A stretch of DNA of 64,000 nucleotides. Origin: Clostridia bacterium (GTDB lineage: Bacteria; Bacillota; Clostridia; TANB77; CAG-508). Shown in pieces: positions 17,870 through 28,093 of this stretch. Numbering within the stretch: position 1 is the stretch's first letter; the number at the start of each line of letters is the position of its first letter. The notes below the pieces were generated by a model. It had not been told where the DNA came from, ran no database searches, and was given only the letters and a program-made list of their open reading frames with translations. The stretch spans positions 6,195 through 70,194 of the forward strand of contig CAAGKK010000037.1 of the NCBI GenBank assembly GCA_900770385.1. Reading direction: 5' to 3'. Position numbers and translations under genes: made by a program.

Positions 17870-18607
17870 ATGAGAAATATTAAACTAACAATAGAATATG
17901 ATGGAAAAGACTTTAATGGTTGGCAAAAACAACCTACGCAATTAAATATACAGGGTGAAATAGAAAGAGCAATAAACCTTATAACAGGAGAAAATGTAGA
18001 ATTAATTGCATCTGGTAGAACTGATGCAGGAGTACATGCTTTAAAACAAATAGCAAATTTTAAAACAAATTCGAATATACCTATAAGAAAAATACCTATA
18101 GCTATTAATACTAAACTAAAAAGAAGCATTAGAATTATTAATGCAGAAGAAGTAGATGAGCAATTTCATAGTAGATATCATTGTAAAAGAAAAACATATG
18201 AGTATACAATAAATAATTCTGAAAATGGAACAGCAATATTTAGAAATTATCAGTACAACTTTCCAGAAAAATTAGATGAAGAAAGTATGAATAAGGCTAT
18301 TAAATACTTTATAGGAGAACATGATTTTAGTGCTTTTAAAGCAAGTGGAACTAGTTCAAAAAGCGCAGTTAGAACAATATATAGCGGAGAAGTAATAAGA
18401 AATTGTGATATTATAAAAATAAAAATTACTGGAAATGGATTTTTATACAACATGGTAAGGATAATTGCTGGAACATTAGTAGAAGTAGGACTAGGCAAAA
18501 TAAAACCAGAATACATAAAAGAAATAATAAAGTCAAAAGACAGAACAAAAGCAGGAAAAACACTACCACCACAAGGGTTATGCTTACTAGCTGTAGAATA
18601 CATTTAA
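17870..18607 (+). CDS. truA: tRNA pseudouridine(38-40) synthase TruA
   Basis: IEYDGKDFNGWQKQP, SGRTDAGVHAL and FLYNMVRIIAGTL. Confidence 0.9.
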   Translation: MRNIKLTIEYDGKDFNGWQKQPTQLNIQGEIERAINLITGENVELIASGRTDAGVHALKQIANFKTNSNIPIRKIPIAINTKLKRSIRIINAEEVDEQFHSRYHCKRKTYEYTINNSENGTAIFRNYQYNFPEKLDEESMNKAIKYFIGEHDFSAFKASGTSSKSAVRTIYSGEVIRNCDIIKIKITGNGFLYNMVRIIAGTLVEVGLGKIKPEYIKEIIKSKDRTKAGKTLPPQGLCLLAVEYI

Positions 18608-18696
18608 AAAGCATAAAAAAATAATAATATATATTGATTTTAAATATAAAAAATTGTATAATTTCAATATTGAAAATAAGAAAAATGGAGAAGCAA

Positions 18697-19746
18697 ATGA
18701 GTAAAAAAGAAAAAATAAAAGGACCAATGAAAAAATGGAAGAAAAATTTGATAACAGTTATTGTTATACTAATAGTACTTGGAATGAGTTCAGGCTTATT
18801 CTTACTATATGGACCATATGGAGGATTTAGGGAATGGCTAATTACAACAGCAATGACAACTTTAAATCATCAATATTTTGCAACATGGTTTTATGATGAC
18901 AAAACTATACAAGATGTTTTATCTAATAATGCTGTAATAGAATCAGGCGAAGATACAAATACATCAGAAGTAGAATTAGTAAGTTATGATAAAAAAGTTA
19001 CATATGCAAATGAATATGAAGAAGCTATATTAAAAAAAGATGAAGGAAATGACTTATATAAAGTTATACCAATAAAAGGTAAAGGATATTCAGGAAATTT
19101 AATAGCTGTTTATGATCCATCTAAAATATCAGTATGTGTTACAAAACACTTAGGAACAAAAGGACAATATTTAGTTGATATGGCAACAGATAATAATGCG
19201 GTTATTGCAATAAATGGAGGAGGATTTGTAGATCCTAACTATAACAGCTTAGGTGGAATACCACAAGGAACAGTTATTAAAAATGGAAAAATTATTACTA
19301 ACAGAACTTATAAAAAAACTGGCGGAATTATAGGCTTTACAAAAGATAATAAATTAATATTAGCAAGAATGACAGCAAACGAAGCAATAAAAAATGGTGT
19401 TAGAGATGCTGTAACATTTGGACCATTTCTAATAGTAAATGGAAAACCATCATTCATAAAAGGAAATGGCGGCTGGGGAGAAGCTCCAAGAACAGCTATA
19501 GGACAAAGAAAAGATGGTATAGTTTTATTCTTAGTAATAGATGGAAGAATGGTTGGAAGACCAGGAGCAGACATGGTAGACTTAACTGAAATAATGCAAA
19601 ATTATGGAGCTTATAATGCTGCAAACCTAGATGGTGGAACATCATGTGGTTTAGTTGTAAATGGAAAATTAATAAATGATCCTGTAAATGGAAATGGAAA
19701 ACACAAAACAAGAATGATTGCAACAGGATTTATTGTAAAAAAATAA
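18697..19746 (+). CDS. Phosphodiester glycosidase family protein (DUF2233/NAGPA-like), membrane anchored
   Basis: AINGGGF, PRTAIGQRKDG..LFLVIDGR and NLDGGTS motifs. The start was moved to the ATG behind RBS ggag; the track ORF begins at 18634. Confidence 0.7.
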   Translation: MSKKEKIKGPMKKWKKNLITVIVILIVLGMSSGLFLLYGPYGGFREWLITTAMTTLNHQYFATWFYDDKTIQDVLSNNAVIESGEDTNTSEVELVSYDKKVTYANEYEEAILKKDEGNDLYKVIPIKGKGYSGNLIAVYDPSKISVCVTKHLGTKGQYLVDMATDNNAVIAINGGGFVDPNYNSLGGIPQGTVIKNGKIITNRTYKKTGGIIGFTKDNKLILARMTANEAIKNGVRDAVTFGPFLIVNGKPSFIKGNGGWGEAPRTAIGQRKDGIVLFLVIDGRMVGRPGADMVDLTEIMQNYGAYNAANLDGGTSCGLVVNGKLINDPVNGNGKHKTRMIATGFIVKK

Positions 19747-19756
19747 ATTTATATAA

Positions 19757-19794
19757 AAAGCACACAGAATTTATTATTCTGTGTGCTTTTTTTT
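19757..19794 (+). terminator. Intrinsic terminator
   Basis: aagcacacagaat-ttatt-attctgtgtgctt followed by T8. Confidence 0.8.
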
Positions 19795-19827
19795 ATAAGA
19801 AAAAAATAAAAAAAATTAAAAAAACTA

Positions 19828-19856
19828 TTGCATAATATAAAAAGTTATATTAAAAT
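19828..19856 (+). promoter_or_regulatory. dcw/mraZ promoter
   Basis: TTGCAT, 17 nt, TAAAAT. Confidence 0.5.
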
Positions 19857-19863
19857 ATACATG

Positions 19864-19910
19864 AAGTGGTAGAAAGTGGTTTAAAGTGTCACAAAAGTGA
19901 AAAGAGGTGA
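19864..19910 (+). promoter_or_regulatory. Candidate MraZ operator: five (A/G)AGTG boxes in 10-nt phase
   Basis: GTG triplets start at 19866, 19876, 19886, 19897 and 19907 (gAAGTGG, aAAGTGG, aAAGTGT, aAAGTGA, gAGGTGA). They lie immediately downstream of the -10. Confidence 0.55.
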
Positions 19911-19917
19911 AACCAAA

Positions 19918-20349
19918 TTGTTTATAGGTGAATACGAACATAGTGTTGATGCTAAAGGCAGAGTAATAATGCCAGCAAAGCTTAGAGAAGACATCGGTGA
20001 GAAGTTCATTGTAACAAAAGGACTTGACGGATGTTTATTTGCGTATTCAAAAACAGAATGGTTAAATTTCGAAGAAAAGCTAAAAACTTTACCACTAACG
20101 AATAAAAATGCTAGAGATTTTGTTAGATTTTTCTTATCTGGCGCTGTAGAATGCGAAATAGATAAACAAGGAAGATTTTTATTACCAAATAACTTAAGAA
20201 CTTATGCCAAACTAGAAAAAGAAATAAATATAATTGGTGTAGGAACAAGAATTGAAATTTGGAATAGAGAAAATTGGAAAAATTACAGTAGTAGTGAGAA
20301 TATTTCAGCAGATGAAATAGCAGAAAATATGACAATGCTTGGTATATAA
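19918..20349 (+). CDS. mraZ: Transcriptional regulator MraZ
   Basis: (M)[23 protein letters not shown]...DKQGRFLLP duplicated SpoVT/AbrB-like motifs. TTG start behind RBS aagaggtga; the track ORF starts at the GTG at 19897. Confidence 0.85.
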   Translation: MFIGEYEHSVDAKGRVIMPAKLREDIGEKFIVTKGLDGCLFAYSKTEWLNFEEKLKTLPLTNKNARDFVRFFLSGAVECEIDKQGRFLLPNNLRTYAKLEKEINIIGVGTRIEIWNRENWKNYSSSENISADEIAENMTMLGI

Positions 20350-20578
20350 CTTGCAAAAGTTTATATAAAATACAAAAGATTAAATAAGAAACAAATGAAA
20401 AATAAAAGGTTCTGCCTTTTGCAAGATACAAAAGATAAAGCATACAAAAGAAAAAATTTACAAATGAATTGTAAAAAACAAAAGATTTGTAAGTGCAAAA
20501 GAAAAAAACAATTATAAACAAAAGCCTAAAGGCGGGCCAAAGGTCCGCCTAAAAAAATCAAATAGGAAGGATGTTTAA

Positions 20579-21508
20579 ATGGAATTTAAACATATACCTG
20601 TACTTTTAAATGAATGTATAAATGGATTAGAAATTAAACCAGATGGAATATATGTAGATGGTACATTAGGTGGTGCAGGTCATAGTAGCGAAATCGTAAA
20701 ACACTTATCTACAAAAGGGACTTTAATAGGTATAGATAGAGATGAAGAAGCATTAAAAGCAGCTAGTGAAAAACTAAAAGAATATAAAAATGTAAAATAC
20801 ATTTATGGTAATCATGATAATATAAAAGAAATACTAGAACAATTAAAAATAGACAAAGTAGATGGTATACTTTTAGATTTGGGAGTTTCGTCATATCAGC
20901 TAGATGAAAAAAATAGAGGCTTTAGTTATATGGCAGATGCAAAGTTAGATATGAGGATGGATAAAACAACAGGTATAACAGCAGAAGAAATAGTAAATAC
21001 ATATTCGGAAGATATTTTATCTAAAATAATTTTTGAATATGGAGAAGAAAGATTTGCAAAAAAAATTGCTAATAATATATGTAAATATAGAAAAGAAAAA
21101 AGAATAGAAACAACTAAAGAATTATCAAAAATAATAGAAAACTCTATTCCAAAATCAATGCAAAATAATGGACATCCAGCAAAAAGAACATTTCAAGCAA
21201 TACGAATAGAAGTAAACAACGAAATAGAGCCATTATATAAAACAATATTAGATTGCATAGATGTTTTAAAATCACATGGTAGGCTTTGTGTAATTACATT
21301 TCACTCATTAGAAGATAGAGCAGTTAAAAATGCTTATACAGAAGCAAATGGAAAATGCATATGTCCACCAGGATTACCATACTGCGTATGTGGAGCAAAA
21401 AAACTAGGAAAAATAATCAATAAAAAGCCAATAGTAGCAAATGATTTAGAAGCAAAAGAAAATTCTAGATCAAGAAGCGCAAAGTTGAGAATATTTGAAA
21501 AGATATAA
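20579..21508 (+). CDS. rsmH: 16S rRNA (cytosine1402-N4)-methyltransferase RsmH
   Basis: [30 protein letters not shown] and FHSLEDR. Confidence 0.95.
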   Translation: MEFKHIPVLLNECINGLEIKPDGIYVDGTLGGAGHSSEIVKHLSTKGTLIGIDRDEEALKAASEKLKEYKNVKYIYGNHDNIKEILEQLKIDKVDGILLDLGVSSYQLDEKNRGFSYMADAKLDMRMDKTTGITAEEIVNTYSEDILSKIIFEYGEERFAKKIANNICKYRKEKRIETTKELSKIIENSIPKSMQNNGHPAKRTFQAIRIEVNNEIEPLYKTILDCIDVLKSHGRLCVITFHSLEDRAVKNAYTEANGKCICPPGLPYCVCGAKKLGKIINKKPIVANDLEAKENSRSRSAKLRIFEKI

Positions 21509-21522
21509 GGAGGTGAAAACTT

Positions 21523-22047
21523 ATGGCAGGATACAATAGAAATAGGTATCAATATGAAACAAGTCCAAGAAAATTAGAACCAGAATATAGACCTATTCAA
21601 AAAAAATATCCGAAAAAAAGTACTGCAGCAAAGAAAAGTAATATATCAACTAAAAAAAGCATAAATACACAGACAAAAACAATAAAAGCACAATATAAGG
21701 CAATACTTTATGTTGTAGTAGCTTTTGCAATATTATTTGCCATAAGTTATAGAAATACGGTTATATCTGAAAAATATAGTCATATTAAAGAAGTAAAAAG
21801 CGATCTAGCAACAATAGAAAAAGAAAATGAACAAATGGAAGTAAGCATAGAAAGTAAAACAAATTTAGGAACAATAGAAAAAGAAGCAAAAGAAAAATTA
21901 GGCATGAAAAAATTAGATGATAATCAGGCAATATATGTAAATTTAGATAAAAAAGATTATGTAGAATCAATGACAGATGAAATTGTTAAAAATAATAATC
22001 AAAATATATTCCAAAAAATTATTGCTAAAATTCAAAATATATTTTAA
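21523..22047 (+). CDS. ftsL: Cell division protein FtsL-like (single TM + coiled coil)
   Basis: Position after rsmH. Basic N-terminus, one TM (AILYVVVAFAILFAISY), coiled-coil region. Confidence 0.65.
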   Translation: MAGYNRNRYQYETSPRKLEPEYRPIQKKYPKKSTAAKKSNISTKKSINTQTKTIKAQYKAILYVVVAFAILFAISYRNTVISEKYSHIKEVKSDLATIEKENEQMEVSIESKTNLGTIEKEAKEKLGMKKLDDNQAIYVNLDKKDYVESMTDEIVKNNNQNIFQKIIAKIQNIF

Positions 22048-22080
22048 TTAGAAAAGAACTATAAATTAAACAATAAATAA

Positions 22081-22110
22081 AAAAGAATTAGGAAACTAAT
22101 TCTTTTTTTT
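22081..22110 (+). terminator. Terminator/attenuator after ftsL
   Basis: aagaattag-gaaa-ctaattctt followed by T8. Confidence 0.65.
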
Positions 22111-22161
22111 ATATAGAGATAATAAAATTAATAATAATATATTTGTTAAAGGAATGATAAA

Positions 22162-24147
22162 ATGAAAGAGATTAGCAGAAAAAAAAGAATGAGAAATGGT
22201 TTGCTTTTTTCAATAATAGTATTATTTGCTTTAATTTTTAGAGTTGGTTGGATACAATTTGTAAATGGAGGTGAATTGCAAACTTTAGCCTATGAACAAC
22301 AAACATTAGATAGAAAAATTAATCCTAAAAGAGGAACAATATATGATAGAAACAAAAATAAATTAGCTGTTAGTAGTACAGTGTACACAATAACAATAAC
22401 TCCTACTAATATTGAAGAAGAAAATAAAGAAAAAGTAGCAAAAGAAATTAGTGATATATTTAATTTAGACTATGAAACTATATTAAAAAAAGTTAAAAAA
22501 AGAAGTTCTATAGAAACAGTTGCTAAAAAACAAGACAAAGAATTGGTAGATAAACTTAGTAAATGGATGATAGAAAATAAAATTGAAAAAGGTATTAATA
22601 TAGATGAAGATACTAAAAGATTTTATCCATACAATAATTTAGCATCTCATATAGTTGGTTTTTGTGGAAGCGATAATCAAGGGCTAGGAGGAATAGAAGC
22701 AAAGTACGATGAAATTTTACAGGGAAAAAAGGGGAGAATAACTAAGGTAAAAGATGCATCTGGAGGAGAAGTTGATGGAACATTGGAAAAATATACAAAT
22801 GCAATAGATGGAAATGATGTTATAACAACAGTAGATATGACTATACAATCAATTGTTGAGAAATATTTAGAAGATGCGTGTATAGATAATAAATGTACTG
22901 ATGGTGGTAATATTATAGTTGCAAATCCAACAACAGGTGATATTTTAGCAATGGCTACTTATCCAAGCTATAATTTGAATTCACCATATGAAATAAATAA
23001 TGAAAAATTGAAAAATGTATGGGATACATTATCAAATAAAGAAAGATCTGAAGCTTTACAGGGAATGTGGAGAAATAAAGCAATAGCAGACACATATGAA
23101 CCAGGGTCAACATTTAAACTAGTAACAACATCTGCAGCACTAGAAGAAGGAATAACAACAACAGATAAAAGTGGAGAGTTTTGTTGTACAGGAAGTATAA
23201 ACATTGCAGGAACAAGAATAAAATGCTGGAGATACTATAGACCACATGGTAGTGAGAGCTTAAGACAGGCACTTATGAATTCATGCAATCCAGTATTCAT
23301 AGGATTAGGACAAAAAATTGGAGTTGATACTTATTATACTTATTTAGAAAAGTTTGGTTTTCTAAATAAAACTGGAATAGATTTACCAGGAGAAGCAAAA
23401 GGAATATTCTTAGATAAATCTAAAGTTGGTCCAGTAGAATTAGCTACTATTTCGTTTGGCCAAAGGTTTGAGGTAACGCCTATACAAATGATTTCTATGG
23501 TATCTACTATAGCAAATGGTGGTAATAGAATGAAATTGAGGTTAGTAAAAAAAATTATTGATTCACAAACAGGAGAGGAAAAAGAAATAGAACCACAAAG
23601 CACAGGGCAAGTAATATCTAAAGAAACAGCAAATAATGTATTAAGTATGATGGGATCAGTAGTTGGAGAAGGAACAGGAAAAAATGCACAAGTAGTGGGA
23701 TATCAAGTTGGTGGAAAAACAGGAACATCAGAAGATGGAGTTAATACTAATAAATATGTAACATCATTTATAGGTGTTGCCCCGATATCTGATCCCAAAG
23801 TCACAATATTGGTTACACTATATAATCCAACAGGTGAAGGGGGACACCAAGGAGGTGCTGTAGGAGCACCAGTAGCTGGAAAAGTATTAAATGAAGTTTT
23901 ACCATACTTAGAATTAAAGCAAGACAACGAAAAAACTAAACAGAATGTAGAAAATGTAACTGTTCCAGATATAACTTATAAAACTGTAAAAGAAGCAGAG
24001 AAGATTTTAAAAGAGAAAAACTTAAAAATAAAATTAGATAAAGAAATAGCAAGTAACGAAAAAGAAAAAGTTATTATTAAAGAACAAAGTCCGAGTGCAG
24101 GAATTAGTATAAACGCTGAAAGTACAGTAATGGCAAAAATTCAGTAA
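22162..24147 (+). CDS. Class B penicillin-binding protein (PBP2B/SpoVD family) with one C-terminal PASTA domain
   Basis: STFK (GSTFKLVT), SCN and KTGT active-site triad. PBP dimerisation domain. PASTA at the C-terminus. Confidence 0.9.
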   Translation: MKEISRKKRMRNGLLFSIIVLFALIFRVGWIQFVNGGELQTLAYEQQTLDRKINPKRGTIYDRNKNKLAVSSTVYTITITPTNIEEENKEKVAKEISDIFNLDYETILKKVKKRSSIETVAKKQDKELVDKLSKWMIENKIEKGINIDEDTKRFYPYNNLASHIVGFCGSDNQGLGGIEAKYDEILQGKKGRITKVKDASGGEVDGTLEKYTNAIDGNDVITTVDMTIQSIVEKYLEDACIDNKCTDGGNIIVANPTTGDILAMATYPSYNLNSPYEINNEKLKNVWDTLSNKERSEALQGMWRNKAIADTYEPGSTFKLVTTSAALEEGITTTDKSGEFCCTGSINIAGTRIKCWRYYRPHGSESLRQALMNSCNPVFIGLGQKIGVDTYYTYLEKFGFLNKTGIDLPGEAKGIFLDKSKVGPVELATISFGQRFEVTPIQMISMVSTIANGGNRMKLRLVKKIIDSQTGEEKEIEPQSTGQVISKETANNVLSMMGSVVGEGTGKNAQVVGYQVGGKTGTSEDGVNTNKYVTSFIGVAPISDPKVTILVTLYNPTGEGGHQGGAVGAPVAGKVLNEVLPYLELKQDNEKTKQNVENVTVPDITYKTVKEAEKILKEKNLKIKLDKEIASNEKEKVIIKEQSPSAGISINAESTVMAKIQ

Positions 24148-24242
24148 GTTATAAGCTAAGATATTAAATTCAAAACAAATACTGTACAAATATTGAATTT
24201 AATTATATAATACATATAATTAAAAAGAAAGGAAGATTGGTT

Positions 24243-25742
24243 ATGGAATTAAAAAAAGTCCTAGCTAACATAGAAGGCTTAAAAGCCAAGGGAAGTCTAA
24301 AATTAGAGGTCTCTAGTATTGAATGTGATTATAGAGAAGTAAAAGAAGGAAGTATGTTTGTAGCGATTAAAGGCTACGAAGTTGATGGGCATACATTTAT
24401 AAATAAGGCAATAGAAAAAGGCGCAAAAGTAATAATTTTTGAAGAGGGTTCAAACTATAAAGAATTTATTTCAAACAAAGATGTTACATTTATTATGGCA
24501 CCAAATACAAGATTAGCATTAGCATTATGCTCTTGTAATTTTTATGATAATCCATCTAAAAAGATGAAAATAATAGGTATAACTGGTACAAAAGGAAAAA
24601 CAACAACCAGCTTTATGTTAAAATCTATATTAGAGAAACAAGGTAAAAAAGTAGGTTTAATAGGAACAATAGCTGTTTATATAGGAGATAAATTAGTTAA
24701 AAATTCTGATAGAACAACTCCAGAAAGTAATAAATTACAAAAAATATTAGCAAAAATGTATGAATTAGGTATAGAGATTGTTATTATGGAGGTCTCTTCA
24801 CAAAGTTTAAAATTAGATAGAGTTGCAGGAATAGATTTTTATGCTGGAATATTTACAAATTTATCAGAAGAACACATAAGCAAAAATGAGCATAAAGATA
24901 TGCAAGAATATTTTGAATCAAAAATGAGATTATTTAATAATTGTGAATATGCATTTGTAAATGCAGATAGTATTTATACAGAAAAAGTTCTAAAAAGTAT
25001 CTCTGTAGAAAATGTGCAGACATATGGAATCGATAACTATTGTAATTTATTAGCAAAAGATGTAACAGTTACAAATACATATGTGGACTTTAGAGCAAAA
25101 ATAAAAGACAAAAATGAAAGAATAAAGGTTTCTATACCAGGAAGATTTAGTGTATACAACGCACTTGCAGCAATTAGTGTAGCAAGAATTTTTGGAGTAA
25201 CAGTAGAACAAATTAAAGAAGCTCTAGAAAATGTAAGAGTACCAGGTAGAAGTGAACTTGTAGAAAATAAAGAAGAATTAAAAATAATGATAGATTATGC
25301 TCATACACCAGAGAGTTTAAAAAGTATTTTGCAAACTGTAAAAACATATACAATTGGAAGAGTTATTTGCGTTTTTGGATGTGGTGGAGATAGAGATAAA
25401 AACAAAAGACCACTAATGGGTGAAATATCAGGAAAACTTGCAGATTACACTATTATAACATCAGATAACCCAAGAACAGAAAATCCAGATGAAATAGTAT
25501 TAGAAATAGAAAATGGAATAAAGAAAACAAAAGGAAAATATGAATGTATTTTAGATAGAAGAGAAGCAATGAAAAAAGCAATAAGTATGGCAAACAAAAA
25601 AGATATTGTTGTTTTAGCTGGAAAAGGGCATGAGGTATATCAAGAAATAGGTAAAGAAAAATATCCATTTGATGAAAGAATAATTATAAAAGAAATATTA
25701 TCTGAACTAGAAAATGAACCTAAAAAAAAGAAAAAGAAATAA
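24243..25742 (+). CDS. murE: UDP-N-acetylmuramoyl-L-alanyl-D-glutamate--2,6-diaminopimelate ligase MurE
   Basis: GITGTKGKTTT P-loop. DNPR motif (TSDNPRTENP, typical of the DAP-adding enzyme). Position in the dcw cluster. Confidence 0.9.
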   Translation: MELKKVLANIEGLKAKGSLKLEVSSIECDYREVKEGSMFVAIKGYEVDGHTFINKAIEKGAKVIIFEEGSNYKEFISNKDVTFIMAPNTRLALALCSCNFYDNPSKKMKIIGITGTKGKTTTSFMLKSILEKQGKKVGLIGTIAVYIGDKLVKNSDRTTPESNKLQKILAKMYELGIEIVIMEVSSQSLKLDRVAGIDFYAGIFTNLSEEHISKNEHKDMQEYFESKMRLFNNCEYAFVNADSIYTEKVLKSISVENVQTYGIDNYCNLLAKDVTVTNTYVDFRAKIKDKNERIKVSIPGRFSVYNALAAISVARIFGVTVEQIKEALENVRVPGRSELVENKEELKIMIDYAHTPESLKSILQTVKTYTIGRVICVFGCGGDRDKNKRPLMGEISGKLADYTIITSDNPRTENPDEIVLEIENGIKKTKGKYECILDRREAMKKAISMANKKDIVVLAGKGHEVYQEIGKEKYPFDERIIIKEILSELENEPKKKKKK

Positions 25743-25774
25743 AAAAAATAAAACTTCAGATGTCAATAAAAAAA

Positions 25775-25894
25775 CGAAAATGCACTTCAAAGAAAAAAAT
25801 TTCGGATGACGATGAGCGAACGAAAATGCACTTCAGAGGAAAGATTTGGCAGACGGAATTTTGAAAAAATTTCGGATGACGATGAGCGAACGAA
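25775..25894 (+). repeat. Interleaved direct repeats in the murE-mraY spacer
   Basis: A 29-nt perfect repeat aaaaatttcggatgacgatgagcgaacgaa occurs at 25796-25824 and 25866-25894. A 15-nt repeat cgaaaatgcacttca occurs at 25775-25789 and 25821-25835. Confidence 0.85.
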
Positions 25895-25913
25895 GTGAGC
25901 GAAAGGAAAAAAT

Positions 25914-26885
25914 ATGAATTACCAAGTAAAAGTATTATTATTATCATTTGGTATAGGAATAATAATATCACTTATAATATTACCAATATTAAAACGATTA
26001 AAAGTAGGTCAAATAGAAAGAGAAGATGGACCACAAAGCCATTTAAAAAAACAAGGAACTCCAACTATGGGAGGAATTATTACAATTATTTCTATTATTA
26101 TAATGACAACAATAATTTGTATTGGATACATAGGAAATCAAACAGATCTTATATTTAAATTACTTCCACTAGTATTAGTTTCAATAGGATTTGGATTAGT
26201 AGGATTTGTAGATGATTTTAAAAAATTAGTTTTAAAAAACACAGAAGGATTAAAACCATCTTATAAAATGTTAGGATTGTTAATTATATCAGTTACATTT
26301 GTTGTGTTTTTATATAAAAAAGTAGGAACTCAAACATTAATACCAATTGTAAAACAATATATAAATTTACCAGTATGGGTATATATACCATTTGCAATAT
26401 TTGTAATGCTTGGAACAACAAATGCTGTTAATCTTACAGATGGAATAGATGGGTTAGCAACTAGTGTAACTACTATAATTATTGCAACATTAACAATTAT
26501 AGGAATTATATTAGATGTAAAAGAAGTTGTTTTATTAGGAAGTATGGTATGTGGAGCAAACCTAGCCTTTTTAATATTTAACATGTATCCAGCAAAAGTA
26601 TTTATGGGAGATACAGGTTCTTTATTGCTAGGTGGAGTTATTGTATCAATGGCTTTATACTTAAAAATGCCTTTGATATTAATTGTAATTTCATTAGTAC
26701 CAGTTTTAGAAACTTTATCTGTTATGATACAAGTAGTATACTTTAAAAAAACAGGAAAAAGAATATTCAAAATGGCACCATTACATCACCACTTTGAACT
26801 TTCTGGATGGAACGAAAATAAAGTTGTTTCAGTATTTAGTATAGTAACTCTATTATTATGTGTTATAGGGTTAAAAATAATTTAA
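25914..26885 (+). CDS. mraY: Phospho-N-acetylmuramoyl-pentapeptide transferase MraY
   Basis: PTMGGI, NAVNLTDGIDGLA, VFMGDTGSL and APLHHHFE. Confidence 0.95.
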   Translation: MNYQVKVLLLSFGIGIIISLIILPILKRLKVGQIEREDGPQSHLKKQGTPTMGGIITIISIIIMTTIICIGYIGNQTDLIFKLLPLVLVSIGFGLVGFVDDFKKLVLKNTEGLKPSYKMLGLLIISVTFVVFLYKKVGTQTLIPIVKQYINLPVWVYIPFAIFVMLGTTNAVNLTDGIDGLATSVTTIIIATLTIIGIILDVKEVVLLGSMVCGANLAFLIFNMYPAKVFMGDTGSLLLGGVIVSMALYLKMPLILIVISLVPVLETLSVMIQVVYFKKTGKRIFKMAPLHHHFELSGWNENKVVSVFSIVTLLLCVIGLKII

Positions 26886-26897
26886 TGAGGAGATAAA

Positions 26898-28046
26898 ATG
26901 GTAACTTCATTTGAGAATAAGAATAGTAAAGTAGTTCAAAACAGACCAATTGATTTCATATTATTAGTAGATGTTTTAATCATGCTTGCACTAGGTATTA
27001 TTATGGTCATGTCAGCGAGTTCACCTACATCTTTAGCAGAAACAGGAAAAAGTTATACATATGTAAAAACACAAGCAATAAGTGCTGTACTTGGATTAAT
27101 TGGAATGTTTATTATATCAAAAATTAACTACAATTTATATAAAAAATTTTATAAGTTAATATACTTTGTAGTGGTTGTTTTACTAGCTTCAGTAGCTGTA
27201 ATTGGAAAAGGAGCAGGTGGAGCAAAAAGATGGATAGATTTAGGATTTATAAGTTTCCAACCATCCGAACTTGCTAAAATAGGCCTTATTATATTTTATT
27301 CTGCTTTGTTATCTAACAATAAAGAAAGAATAAGTCAATTATGGGGTGGTTTTTTATATCCAATGTTATTTTTGGTTCCAGTTGTTGCAATTTTAATTGG
27401 ATTACAAAATCATTTAAGTGCTACTATTTTAATTGTAGCAATTGTATCTATTTTAATGCTTATGGCGGGTAGTAAATTTAGATATTTTGTTTCATTTGGT
27501 GTGCCAGGTGTTGGAATATTAGGTACTATTATGCTTATTTATGCAAAAGTAACAGGTAAGGGAGCTTTTAGAATTAATAGATTAGTAGCATTTCTTGATC
27601 CATTTAAATATGTTAAAGAAATAGGTTGGCAGACAGTGCAAAGTTTATATGCAATAGGATCAGGAGGATTATTTGGAGTAGGACTAGGAAAGAGTACACA
27701 AAAATATTTATATTTACCTGAAGCACACAATGACTTTATATTTTCAATAATAGCAGAAGAATTAGGATTTGTAGGATGTGTTTTTGTTATTGTATTATTT
27801 GCAATATTTATATGGAGAGGTATTATAATTGCAATGAAAGCACCAGATATGTTTAGTAGTTTATTAGCAGTAGGTATAACTACAATGGTAGGGTTACAGG
27901 CAATAATTAATATAGCTGTTGTAACATCTTCAATGCCAAATACAGGTATGCCATTGCCATTTTTTAGCTATGGAGGTACATCACTTTTAATAATGTTATG
28001 TTCAGTGGGAATCTTATTAAACATATCAAGATGTGCAAAAAAATAA
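26898..28046 (+). CDS. ftsW: SEDS-family peptidoglycan polymerase FtsW/SpoVE
   Basis: FQPSELAKI, LPEAHNDFIFSIIAEELG and PLPFFSYGGTS. Confidence 0.9.
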   Translation: MVTSFENKNSKVVQNRPIDFILLVDVLIMLALGIIMVMSASSPTSLAETGKSYTYVKTQAISAVLGLIGMFIISKINYNLYKKFYKLIYFVVVVLLASVAVIGKGAGGAKRWIDLGFISFQPSELAKIGLIIFYSALLSNNKERISQLWGGFLYPMLFLVPVVAILIGLQNHLSATILIVAIVSILMLMAGSKFRYFVSFGVPGVGILGTIMLIYAKVTGKGAFRINRLVAFLDPFKYVKEIGWQTVQSLYAIGSGGLFGVGLGKSTQKYLYLPEAHNDFIFSIIAEELGFVGCVFVIVLFAIFIWRGIIIAMKAPDMFSSLLAVGITTMVGLQAIINIAVVTSSMPNTGMPLPFFSYGGTSLLIMLCSVGILLNISRCAKK

Positions 28047-28093
28047 ATATAATTGTAAAGAAATATACAGATATTTTTAGAAAGGAAAAAAAT

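Noticed and set aside
27998-28093. N-terminal extensions of track ORFs: murG from 27998, trmFO from 34757, the SNF2 helicase from 31834, the RAYT from 52984, the glycosidase from 18634, and divIB from 61726.
   Set aside because: The extensions overlap upstream genes or terminators or use non-ATG starts. Internal ATGs with proper RBS spacing match the conserved family N-termini.
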